Origin: Clostridiales bacterium
GTDB taxonomy: Bacteria > Bacillota > Clostridia > Christensenellales > Aristaeellaceae
Direction: 5' to 3'
DNA: 64,000 nt
Assembly: GCA_015056265.1 (NCBI GenBank)
Contig: SVGR01000001.1
Location: 228-64,227 of the forward strand
The translations under genes were made by a program, and so were the position numbers. Under the pieces are notes generated by a model that saw only the letters and a program-made list of their open reading frames with translations, did not search any database and was not told where the DNA came from. The number at the start of each line of letters is the position of its first letter. Position 1 is the first letter of the stretch. Below, piece after piece: positions 1 to 8,653 of the stretch.

Positions 1-50
1 GCCCGAAACAGGCAGTGTTGTGAAAAATGTAAAATTACCGTAATCAATTT

Positions 51-80
51 TTAACAATCGGGGGGGTAGTATGATACAAT
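51..80 (+). promoter_or_regulatory. putative sigma-A-type promoter of the TasA-like gene
   Basis: TTAACA (51-56), 18-nt spacer, TG (72-73) one nt before TACAAT (75-80), giving an extended -10. It lies about 80 nt upstream of ATG 163. Confidence 0.4.
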
Positions 81-162
81 ATTTGGGAAGAATACGTCAA
101 ATGCAGAAAAATCCATCATTTTTACCTGTTTGATGTATGCAAAAATTGAGGAGGAACCATTC

Positions 163-1775
163 ATGAAACGCACATGGGTCATTTCCCTGCTGCTGGTCGC
201 GTGTATTCTCACGGCCACCGTTGGCGGCACCATCGCCTGGTTCACCGATGAGGTGAGCTCCAACGGCAACAAGATTCAGTCCGGCACGCTGGACGTTGCC
301 CTGCTGATGCACAACGGCAGCGCTTACCAGGACATCAGCGACAGCACCGCCCCCATCTTCGGCGCCGGCTCCATCGCCCAGAACAACAACGCCCAGACCC
401 TCTGGGAGCCCGGCAAGACCCAGATCGTCTATCTGGGGATCGAGAACAAGGGAACGCTGGATCTCAAGTACAACATCGAGTTGAACGTCATTGACGGCGG
501 TTTGATCGGCTCGCTGGAGTATGCCATCGTTGACGGCGCCGAATACGGCGAAATTACCGCTGATGATTGGGCTGCCCTGAAGGCAAATGCCCAGCCGGCG
601 ATATTGCCGCCGGCGCAACCGTTGCCGCTTCCAATGGCGCCATCAAGGCTAGCGAAGGCATCGATTACTTTGCCCTGGCTGTTCACATGAAGGAAGAAGC
701 CGGCAATGAGTATCAGAACAAGAGCATTACCATCGATGTGACCGTTCTTGCTACTCAGCTTGCTTCCGAGGAAGACAGCTTTGACAATCAGTACGATAAG
801 GATGCCGAGTTCGATAAGCCTGTCAAAGTCACGAACGAAGCGGAGTTAAAAGCTGCGATTGCCGAAGCATCGACTGACGCAGCCAATCCGACTGTGATTA
901 GCATTGCAAATAGCTTTGAAGTTTCCGAGCGGGTTACGATTCCTGCCGGAAAGAATGTTGTAATCAACGGCAATGGCAAGACAATCTCCAGAGCCGCTGA
1001 TTCGACAGCTAATCCTGTGATCCGCATTGAAGAAAATGCAAATATCACGGATTTGACCGTTGATGCAAAAGCTGATGCTACAAATGTTTCGCGTGCTGTA
1101 TATGTAACGGCTGATGCCGATGCCGTTTTGACGAATTGTAAGATTACAGGCGCATACAACACCGGTTACGGCGGTGCAATGCAAGTATACGGTAACGTTA
1201 CTCTGGAAAACTGAACGATTAGCGGAAATACTGCAAAAGTAGCCGCTGGTGTGAATGTCGCAAGTGGTGGTACGCTCAATGTCAAAAATACAACCATCAC
1301 CGGTAATACAAACACATCTACGGGTGGTAATAGCATTCAAGCAGCGAATGCTACGGTAAACATTTCCAACAGTACACTTGCAGACGATAATGCATTGTAT
1401 TTGCTTCCGGGGTATGCTCCTCTGACCTACACCATCTCCGGAGATGTGGCTATTGATGGCATCTATAATGCGAATAGCAATGCATCTCATCGTGATACCA
1501 GCACAGGTGTATTAACATTCGAGCCTCTGCCTGCAATTCGCGTGACTTCCGCTCTGGAAAACGATTTGGTATTCTACGTCAATGACAGCGATACTATTAT
1601 CCGTCGTACATTGCTGGAAGGCGCTGACGGCTACACTCTTACCGAAGCCGATTTGGCTCATGTAAAGGTATATTTCAAGGACGACGTAACCACAGAATAC
1701 ACTTTACATGATGCGTCCAACGTAACTTACGAATTGGTGGTTCAGGACAATCGTATTGAGTTTGTTCAGAAATAA
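163..1775 (+). pseudogene. TasA/camelysin-family N-domain (SipW-type signal peptide) fused to parallel beta-helix repeats; disrupted by one frameshift and one in-frame TGA
   Basis: GAGGAGG lies 8 nt before ATG 163. MKRTWVISLLLVACILTATVGGTIAWFTDE matches the SipW-cognate signal/TasA motif, with LWEPGKTQIVYLGIENKGTLDLKY as the core. Sensible protein sequence switches reading frame near 595-600 (...AALKANAQP / GDIAAGATV...HMKEEAGNEYQNKSITIDVTVLATQ). The new frame continues through TGA at 1212-1214 into NxxIxGN-type repeats and stops at 1773-1775. Confidence 0.7.
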
Positions 1776-1802
1776 CCAACTGCTTTTCAGCTTTTGAAGA
1801 TT

Positions 1803-1838
1803 AAAAACAGCACACCGTGCAAACGGTGTGCTGTTTTA
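1803..1838. terminator. bidirectional rho-independent terminator
   Basis: 11-bp stem CAGCACACCGT/ACGGTGTGCTG with a GCAA loop, A5 upstream and T4 downstream. It sits between convergent genes. Confidence 0.7.
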
Positions 1839-1996
1839 ATTGCCGTTCCTCAACAAAACGGATGAACAAGGCGCCAGGTTGTGTATCAATTTTCACTTAT
1901 CCACAACAGGGTGTTTCTTTTCTTTGTCCTCTGTCCCGGAAACAGTCCGCCTGTATACCGGGGGCTTTTTCTGCGGGTTTTTCGTGAAAAAACGGC

Positions 1997-3238
1997 TTAT
2001 TTTTCAGCAAAATTCAGCTTGATGCTGCCATTGGAAGTATGCACGTTCAGGGGCTTTTCTCCCGCCTGGCGGGCAGGCAGTGAATTGGAACCGTTGGAGG
2101 TGCCGCTGCAGATGGCCCAATCGGCCTGGTTTCCCGGCAGCATCCCACTGATGCCTCCGTTGGATGTGAGCAGCTCCAGGCCAGAAGCTGAAAGATCCTC
2201 CACATGGATGGCGCCGTTGGAGGTGCGCAGGGCTATCTGTCCCAGGGCAGTACAATCCGCCGCCTGCACCCGGCCGTTGGAGGTGCTCATCTCCACGTCC
2301 CCTTCCACACGGCAGCCGGTCATTTCAATGCGGCCATTGCTGGTACTGCCGGCAAGCCGACCCAGGCACTGAACCTTCAGCAGTTCCAGGCGGCTGTTGG
2401 TGGTTGTCATATTCAGTTGCTGACAGCAGGTATTATCCAGCGTGATGCGCCCGTTGACAGTGCCCAGTTCCATATGCCCCAAGGCCTGCAGCCCGCCGAC
2501 CTGAATGGAGCCGTTACTGGTTTCAACACAAAGGGAAAGAGCCGCCTGAGCGGGCACCGCCAGCTCAACCATGGGCGCTGCCTGATTCCACAATAGCTTT
2601 TCCTTGCCGAAGACGAACATGGAAAAATGGAAACTCTTTTTCTTGCCATGCCCTTGATGCTGCAGCTTCAGCACACCGTTCTCCACCCGAACAGCATATG
2701 GATCGTCCTTGCAGGAATAGTAGGTAAGATATACCCGCTCATCTTTGCTTGGCTGCACCCGCATCGGCATATCCCTGGCCTGCAGGTTTACCCCTGTTAA
2801 ATCCACTGCGGGGATGGAAAAGATGCACTGATCATATCCTCCCCTTTCCATTTTGTTGATTTCTTCCCGAATGGAACTTGCAGCAGACTGGATCGCCTCA
2901 TCCGCCTTGGCAATGGCCTTGCCCGCTGCCTTTTCCGCATTCTCCCACAATTCACCGGCGGCCTTCCAAGCATCCCCAGCCATTTGCCTGGCCTGCTTGG
3001 CAAAGGCGGCAAACAAATCGGGATCGGCTTCCTTCCCTTCCGGCGTGCCCTCGCTGCGCAGCCGCTGTGCGATGATCTCCGGCGCATCCATGGCCGCTAC
3101 CGCTGCCACTTCCTCCATGCCGTCCTCCATCCGGTCATCCAACATTTCGCTATAAAAGGTGAGGGCGGCGGCACGGGCCTCCTCCTCCATAAAATTCAGG
3201 GCCTCATTGAGCCTGGAGAGATATTCATCCCGGGTCAT
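1997..3238 (-). CDS. DUF1700-like N-terminal helical domain + DUF4097-like beta-helix repeat protein (PadR-associated)
   Basis: GGAGGAAACAGCA precedes ATG at 3238. The N-terminus TRDEYLSRLNEALNFMEEEARAAALTFYSEML is followed in the C-terminal half by about nine TSNG(S/R/A/G)I-type rungs. The gene lies directly downstream of a PadR gene. Confidence 0.75.
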   Translation of the reverse strand: MTRDEYLSRLNEALNFMEEEARAAALTFYSEMLDDRMEDGMEEVAAVAAMDAPEIIAQRLRSEGTPEGKEADPDLFAAFAKQARQMAGDAWKAAGELWENAEKAAGKAIAKADEAIQSAASSIREEINKMERGGYDQCIFSIPAVDLTGVNLQARDMPMRVQPSKDERVYLTYYSCKDDPYAVRVENGVLKLQHQGHGKKKSFHFSMFVFGKEKLLWNQAAPMVELAVPAQAALSLCVETSNGSIQVGGLQALGHMELGTVNGRITLDNTCCQQLNMTTTNSRLELLKVQCLGRLAGSTSNGRIEMTGCRVEGDVEMSTSNGRVQAADCTALGQIALRTSNGAIHVEDLSASGLELLTSNGGISGMLPGNQADWAICSGTSNGSNSLPARQAGEKPLNVHTSNGSIKLNFAEK

Positions 3239-3278
3239 TGCTGTTTCCTCCTTCTGTCCGCTTTCATCGGGTTGGCCC

Positions 3279-3590
3279 TCAGGCCTCATCCCCCATAATG
3301 AACCGATACACTTTGTTCATTTCCGCCCATTCCTGCTGAAAATCCAGGATCCGCCGACGTCCCGCCTCAGTAATGGCGTAATATTTCCGCAGCCGACTGT
3401 TATGCTCCCGGGAATAGACCGTCAGGCATTCCGCCGCCTCCAGCCGCCGCAACACCGGATACAGGGTGGACTCCGAAACGGAAAGGATGGGTCCCATATC
3501 CTTGATCAGCTGATAACCATAGCTGTCCCCCCGGACCAGCAGTGATAAAATACACACTTCGATAAGTCCTCGCTTGAGCTGTGCATCCAC
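3279..3590 (-). CDS. PadR family transcriptional regulator
   Basis: LKRGLIEVCILSLLVRGDSYGYQLIKDM...STLYPVLRRLEAAECL...RKYYAITEAGRR is a winged-HTH PadR signature. GTG at 3590 sits 8 nt after AGGAGG. The ORF-track start at 3599 overlaps the RBS. Confidence 0.85.
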   Translation of the reverse strand: MDAQLKRGLIEVCILSLLVRGDSYGYQLIKDMGPILSVSESTLYPVLRRLEAAECLTVYSREHNSRLRKYYAITEAGRRRILDFQQEWAEMNKVYRFIMGDEA

Positions 3591-3761
3591 AATGCTCACC
3601 TCCTGGCAATATTATATTTTACATAGTATTATTTGTCAAGCAATATTTTTGAAAATAAATTATATTTGCACACAGAAATAAAAAATGACCGTTATCAGCG
3701 GTCAATTTTTAATATTGCAGGATAAACGACGGTTAAATCATTGCCATGCAGCCGTCGTTGT

Positions 3762-4955
3762 TTATTGATTCATCAGTATTCGGCATGCAGCCGCCAGAAT
3801 CATTTCGCTGCCGCCCCCCTGGGCAAAGTCCTGCCGTCCGCCGCCCTTGCCGCCCAATGGCAGGGCCGCATCCCGAAGCAATTTGCCCATATCCTGCTGC
3901 ACATCCGCAGCGCAGCCGAACACATACAGGGCCTGATCCCCATTCCTGGCCCCAAGTAAGGCAATCACTCCGGGCTGCCGAATCAGATGCGCGGCCAATT
4001 GCCGCAGCTGTTGAGCGTCTGCCTCCACAAACCTGGCCACCAGCCGCTCTCCGCAGGGCAGTATCTCTGCCTCTTCCAGGAATCCTGTCCCCTGGGAAAG
4101 CAGCTGCTCCGTTTTCAATTTGGTCAGCATCATTTCCGCCCCATGCAGCTTTTCCTGCAGGGCCTTTACAGCGCCGGGCAGCTGCTCCACCGTGCTGGAC
4201 AGCAGCGCCGCCGCCTCATGGGCTGCGTCAAAACACCGGATATAATCCTGGATTGCGCGCATTCCCGCCGCAAATGCCAGCCGCATCTTGCCCCGGGCGG
4301 GGGCGGTCCACAATATTTTCACCGGGCCGATCTGCCCGGCGCTGGCGGGATGGGTGCCGCCGCAGGCCACCATTTCCTTTTCCCCTATGGCCACGATGCG
4401 CACATGACTCTGAACGGTGGGAGGCTTGCGCAGGGGCAAGGCGGGCAATTCCTCCTCCCCAGGGAACCAGCAGCGGATGGGCACATTCCGCTGGATTTCC
4501 GCATTCACATCCCCTTCAATCTCCCCGATCTGTGTCGCTGTCAAGCGGATTGCCCCGCCAGGCATGGAAACGTCAATGGTGGAAAACTCATCACTGATAT
4601 GCAGCCCGATGGTCACGCCCCCATACAGCCGGTGCAGAGCGCCTGCGATCATGTGATCGGCAGCATGCTGCTGCATATGATCAAAGCGCCGGGGCCAGTC
4701 GATCATGCCGTGAACCGATGCGCCCACCTCCAGCGGCTCAGAAAGCAGATGCCACACCTGCCCCTCCTCCGCCTGCACATCCTCTACCCTTTCTCCGCCC
4801 AGCATACCGGTATCAAATGGCTGGCCCCCGGAGGTGGGATAAAAGGCGCTGCGGTCCAGCAGCACCCAATACTTGTCCCCCTCCTGCCGGCACGCCAGCA
4901 CCCGGGCGTCAAATTCCGTCAGATAGGCATTGTCATAATACAGCCGCTCAGTCAT
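3762..4955 (-). CDS. AlaX-L-type alanyl-tRNA editing protein (AlaRS second additional domain + DHHA1-like C-terminus)
   Basis: Contains the HxxxH (HAADHMIAGALH) and CxxxH (VACGGTH) zinc motifs. The N-terminus LYYDNAYLTEFDARV resembles the AlaRS editing-domain family. Confidence 0.8.
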   Translation of the reverse strand: MTERLYYDNAYLTEFDARVLACRQEGDKYWVLLDRSAFYPTSGGQPFDTGMLGGERVEDVQAEEGQVWHLLSEPLEVGASVHGMIDWPRRFDHMQQHAADHMIAGALHRLYGGVTIGLHISDEFSTIDVSMPGGAIRLTATQIGEIEGDVNAEIQRNVPIRCWFPGEEELPALPLRKPPTVQSHVRIVAIGEKEMVACGGTHPASAGQIGPVKILWTAPARGKMRLAFAAGMRAIQDYIRCFDAAHEAAALLSSTVEQLPGAVKALQEKLHGAEMMLTKLKTEQLLSQGTGFLEEAEILPCGERLVARFVEADAQQLRQLAAHLIRQPGVIALLGARNGDQALYVFGCAADVQQDMGKLLRDAALPLGGKGGGRQDFAQGGGSEMILAAACRILMNQ

Positions 4956-4974
4956 GATTGATTTATTCCTTTGC

Positions 4975-6228
4975 TCATTCCTGCCCCTTGAGGGCGGCGA
5001 ATTTTTCGGCCATGGTGGGATTATTGCGGGTCAGGCGCTTGATGGACAGATCCTCCGCCTTGCTGTTGGCCAGGCGCAGGTTATTTTCCGAGGACAGCAG
5101 CGCCTCTTTGGTTTTCTGCAGATGATCGATGGTTTTATCGATTTCCTCAATGGCCTTATGAAATTTTTCGCTGGCCAGTCGATAATTGCGGGAGAATTTT
5201 TCCTTAAAATCGTTCATATCCGCTTCGAAATTGGATATATCGATGTGCTGATTGCGAATGACGGCCAGCTCCTGCCGATATTGCAGGGCATTCTGGGCGG
5301 CATTGCGCAGCAGGGTGATCATGGGGATAAAGAACTGAGGCCTGATCACATACATCTTGGGGTATTTATAGGATACGTCCACGATGCCCCCATTGTACAA
5401 TTCGCTGTCCGCCTCCAGCAGAGATACCAGCACTGCGTATTCGCATCCTTTTTCCCGTCGATCCTTATCCAGTTCCCGAAAAAAATCCTCATTGCGGTGC
5501 TTAACGGCGGTGGTATCCATCTCATTTTTCATTTCAAACATGATAGATAGCAATTCCGTGCCGTCGGCGGCGCATTCCCGGAAGATAAAATCCCCTTTGC
5601 TGCCGGTACGGGCGTCATTATCTTTTTCAAAATAGGCATTGGGGAAAGCGGCCATACGAATGCGGTTGAACTCGGTAAGGCAATGCTGTTCCAGGCTTTC
5701 GCCGATCATTTTGGTGGATTGGCGGGCCTTGAAATCCCGGTACTGCGCCAATTGTTCTTCCTTCATTTCCAATTCCCGCTGATGCTGCTGGCGCAAAAGC
5801 TGTTCCTGATTGCGGCGGTCATCCTTCTCATGCTGCAAATCGCCCTCCAACTGCTGGATGCGGATTTTCTGATCCTGCATGGCCAGCTGCACCGCAGTCT
5901 GGGTCTTTTCCCGCTCTGCCGCCAGCTGGCTGCGCAGGCTTTCGATGATGCGCTGTTGTTTTTCCAATTCCAGCTGGTTTTCCAGCGCTGTCCGCTGCCG
6001 ATCCGCCCGGGCATTCTGGGCTTCCGTTTCCAGCCGGGACTGAAGGGCGTGCAGCTCCTGTTCTTTCTTCTGTTCCGTCTGCGTCACCGCCAACTGCACT
6101 GCCACCGCTTCCCGCTGCTCAATTTCACGGGCAAATTCCCGATCCCTCACCTGCTTTACGATGGCGGCATATCCCGCCTCATCCACCTGGAATACTTCGC
6201 TGCACTTAGGGCAAATGATCTTTTGCAT
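4975..6228 (-). CDS. DUF2130-like protein (N-terminal zinc-ribbon, long coiled coil, C-terminal nuclease-like region)
   Basis: AGGAGGAACCCTT precedes ATG at 6228. [29 protein letters not shown] is followed by a Q/E/R-rich coiled coil and then a [10 protein letters not shown]...FEMKNE region. Confidence 0.65.
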   Translation of the reverse strand: MQKIICPKCSEVFQVDEAGYAAIVKQVRDREFAREIEQREAVAVQLAVTQTEQKKEQELHALQSRLETEAQNARADRQRTALENQLELEKQQRIIESLRSQLAAEREKTQTAVQLAMQDQKIRIQQLEGDLQHEKDDRRNQEQLLRQQHQRELEMKEEQLAQYRDFKARQSTKMIGESLEQHCLTEFNRIRMAAFPNAYFEKDNDARTGSKGDFIFRECAADGTELLSIMFEMKNEMDTTAVKHRNEDFFRELDKDRREKGCEYAVLVSLLEADSELYNGGIVDVSYKYPKMYVIRPQFFIPMITLLRNAAQNALQYRQELAVIRNQHIDISNFEADMNDFKEKFSRNYRLASEKFHKAIEEIDKTIDHLQKTKEALLSSENNLRLANSKAEDLSIKRLTRNNPTMAEKFAALKGQE

Positions 6229-6315
6229 AAGGGTTCCTCCTATGTTAGCCAAAGACATTTGTGAAAAATCCCGGAAGGCGATCATGCGATGCCTTCCGGG
6301 GCAAATATGCAATCA

Positions 6316-7608
6316 TTATTGCTGCATCTGGGAAAGCAGCTTTTTGGCACTGGAGATGCGTACGCAGAGGCTGAAAATCTCCATGGCGTTGGTCAAATCC
6401 GCAAGGCAGGGATAGGTGGGGGCAATGCGGATATTGGAATCCTGGGGATCCTGGCCATAAGGCCAGGTAGCGCCTGCGGGGGTCATGGTGACGCCCGCTT
6501 TCTTGGCCCGGGCCACAATATCCTTGGCACAGCCGGGCAGGCTGTCAAACATAATGAAATATCCGCCCAGCGGGCAGGTCCAGGTGCCGATTTCCAGCCC
6601 AGCCAGATTTTTTTCCAAAATGGCCTCCACCGTTTCGAACTTAGGGCGGATGATTTCGGCATGCTTTCTCATGTGCTCCACCATACCGTGGATATTCTTG
6701 AAAAAGCGCACATGGCGCAGCTGATTCACCTTGTCGTGGCCGATGGTCTGAATCCTGAGATTGGTGAGGAAATCCACCATGTTGTTGGGGCTGGTGGCAA
6801 TGGCGGCAATACCGCTGCCGGGGAAGGTGATCTTGGAAGTAGACGCAAATTTGTACACCAGATCGGGATTACCCGCCCGTTTGCATTCCGCCAGGATTTC
6901 AATCAGATGATCCTGATGATGATCATAGAGATGATGCATGCCATAAGCATTATCCCAAAAAATGCGGAAATCCGGAGCAGCGGGCTCCAGCCGGGCAAAA
7001 CGGCGCACCGTTTCGTCATCATACGATATCCCCTGGGGATTGGAATACTTGGGCACGCACCAGATCCCCTTGATGGCATCGTCTTCCCGCACCAGATTTT
7101 CCACAATATCCATATCCGGGCCGGTGGCCGTCATGGGCACAGGAATCATCTTAATGCCGAAATACTCGGTGATGGCAAAATGCCGATCGTATCCGGGCAC
7201 CGGGCAGAGAAATTTTACCTCCGGCAGCTTGCACCAGGGGGTATTGCCCATCACGCCGTGATTCCATACCCGGGCAACGGTATCAAACATCACGTTCAGG
7301 GAGGAGTTGCCGTAAATGATGATATCCTTGGGGTTGTTTTCCATCATATCTCCCAGCAGCTCCCGGGCCTCCTCAATACCCGTCAGCTGGCCGTAATTGC
7401 GGCAGTCGGTACCGTCTTCGCAGGTCAAATCGGAGGATGAATCCAATACATCCATCATCCCCATGGAAAGATCCAATTGCTCCTGACAGGGAACGCCCCG
7501 ACTCATGTTCAGCTGCATGCCCAGGGACTGCATCTTCTTATACTGCGCCTTCAGTTCCGTAATCTCAGCGGTCAGTTCTTCCGCCGTCATTTCACGATAA
7601 GGCTTCAT
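6316..7608 (-). CDS. PLP-dependent aminotransferase (class I/II fold)
   Basis: About 430 aa, with a STSKITFPGSGIAAIA Lys-containing motif and a NMSRGVPCQEQLDL N-terminal region typical of this fold. The start is taken at MKPYREM. Confidence 0.7.
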   Translation of the reverse strand: MKPYREMTAEELTAEITELKAQYKKMQSLGMQLNMSRGVPCQEQLDLSMGMMDVLDSSSDLTCEDGTDCRNYGQLTGIEEARELLGDMMENNPKDIIIYGNSSLNVMFDTVARVWNHGVMGNTPWCKLPEVKFLCPVPGYDRHFAITEYFGIKMIPVPMTATGPDMDIVENLVREDDAIKGIWCVPKYSNPQGISYDDETVRRFARLEPAAPDFRIFWDNAYGMHHLYDHHQDHLIEILAECKRAGNPDLVYKFASTSKITFPGSGIAAIATSPNNMVDFLTNLRIQTIGHDKVNQLRHVRFFKNIHGMVEHMRKHAEIIRPKFETVEAILEKNLAGLEIGTWTCPLGGYFIMFDSLPGCAKDIVARAKKAGVTMTPAGATWPYGQDPQDSNIRIAPTYPCLADLTNAMEIFSLCVRISSAKKLLSQMQQ

Positions 7609-7816
7609 GGCAATGTTCCTTTCACAATCCATCCGTTTTCCGCTCTCTTTTTCCGAAAGCAACCCACGGTATGCCCATTATATCAAATTCATGCCCGCCC
7701 TGCAATGAATTATTCGTTCCGGCTTTGTTTTTTTCCATCAATGCACACGCGCTATCCATGAACAACCTGATACAATATGAATTATTACCCACAATTTACT
7801 AAAGGGGAGAATACTT

Positions 7817-8179
7817 ATGTCAACAACCTATGGTTATGCACGCGTGTCAACAAAAGAACAAAATGAAGAACGCCAGATCATTGCGTTCCAACAATTTGGC
7901 ATACCCCAAAATCGTATATATCTGGACAAACAATCCGGAAAAGATTTTTTCCGCCCCCAATACCAGCGGTTGATTAACAAATTACAAAAAGACGATATTC
8001 TCGTAATAAAAAGTATTGATCGTTTGGGGCGCAATTACCATGATATTCTGGAGCAGTGGCGCCTTATCACTCAAGATAAGAAAGCAGATATTCTGGTACT
8101 GGATATGCCATTGCTTGATACACGAAAGGATCGCGATCTGATTGGCTCGTTAATCTCAGACAATAATACCCAATTGTGA
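7817..8179 (+). pseudogene. serine recombinase (resolvase/invertase) truncated after the catalytic domain
   Basis: YGYARVSTKEQNEERQ contains the catalytic Ser motif, followed by IKSIDRLGRN. The ORF ends at 120 aa without the C-terminal HTH. The surrounding DNA is visibly AT-richer. Confidence 0.75.
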
Positions 8180-8348
8180 TAAAATTATATTTGGCACAAT
8201 TTCCCACTAATTTGTGTTGCATCCATATAAATTTGCACCAGTTTTATGCTGAATTGGCAATCGGTTTATTGTGGTGGGAGTGGGTATCATTGTCTAATAT
8301 GTTACCCGTTGGATAATGTGTTGTACTCGGGATCGGAGGGAATCAGAG

Positions 8349-8477
8349 GTGAGTGTTTATTGCTATGAGTGCATGAATGTTTATTTCCTGGGTTATCAGA
8401 CTGATGGCCAGCAGTTGTTCATGGCCCGCATGGAAGCGGCCTTGAATGAGTATAGAAATCAGCAGGAGAAAAAATAA
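8349..8477 (+). CDS. 42-aa micro-ORF (MSVYCYECMNVYFLGYQTDGQQLFMARMEAALNEYRNQQEKK), function unknown
   Basis: GGAGGG (8335-8340) lies 8 nt before GTG 8349, with stop TAA at 8475-8477 and a strong hairpin terminator 20 nt downstream. No homology was recognised. Confidence 0.3.
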   Translation: MSVYCYECMNVYFLGYQTDGQQLFMARMEAALNEYRNQQEKK

Positions 8478-8496
8478 TTCACATTCGAAAATAGTC

Positions 8497-8528
8497 AAAA
8501 GGTGTTTGCATGCACAAACACCTTTTTT
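8497..8528 (+). terminator. rho-independent terminator
   Basis: Stem GGTGTTTG/CAAACACC is flanked by A4 and T6. Confidence 0.6.
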
Positions 8529-8536
8529 GTATATCT

Positions 8537-8567
8537 GAAAAGCCGCCCGGCATAGTGCCGGACGGCT
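8537..8567 (-). terminator. terminator of the isomerase-like gene
   Basis: AGCCGCCCGGCA-tag-TGCCGGACGGCT hairpin, followed by a T4 run on the minus strand. Confidence 0.55.
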
Positions 8568-8653
8568 GATTTTGTATCTGGAGCCAATCCCAATCGAACA
8601 GAGCATCCGACGGGAAGGAAATCCGATAGATTTCCAATAAACGAAGCAAATGA

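Noticed and set aside
1212-1214. TGA as selenocysteine or as a reassigned codon (Trp/Gly genetic codes).
   Set aside because: TGA terminates many well-supported genes in this window (for example at 12422-12424, 14115-14117 and 31456-31458). I could not see a SECIS-like hairpin immediately downstream. The same gene also carries a frameshift, which favours decay or sequence error.
1881-2372. A plus-strand ORF with a striking periodic PLEV/PLDV motif (MLPLEV...EPLEV...PPLDV...APLEV...RPLEV).
   Set aside because: The periodicity mirrors the TSNGxI repeat of the DUF4097-type gene on the opposite strand. There is no independent coding evidence.
3746-4961. Pro/Arg/Ala-rich plus-strand ORFs (3746-4597 and 3987-4961) opposite the AlaX gene.
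   Set aside because: They lie antisense to a gene with clear HxxxH/CxxxH editing-domain motifs and have the low-complexity composition typical of GC-rich shadow frames.
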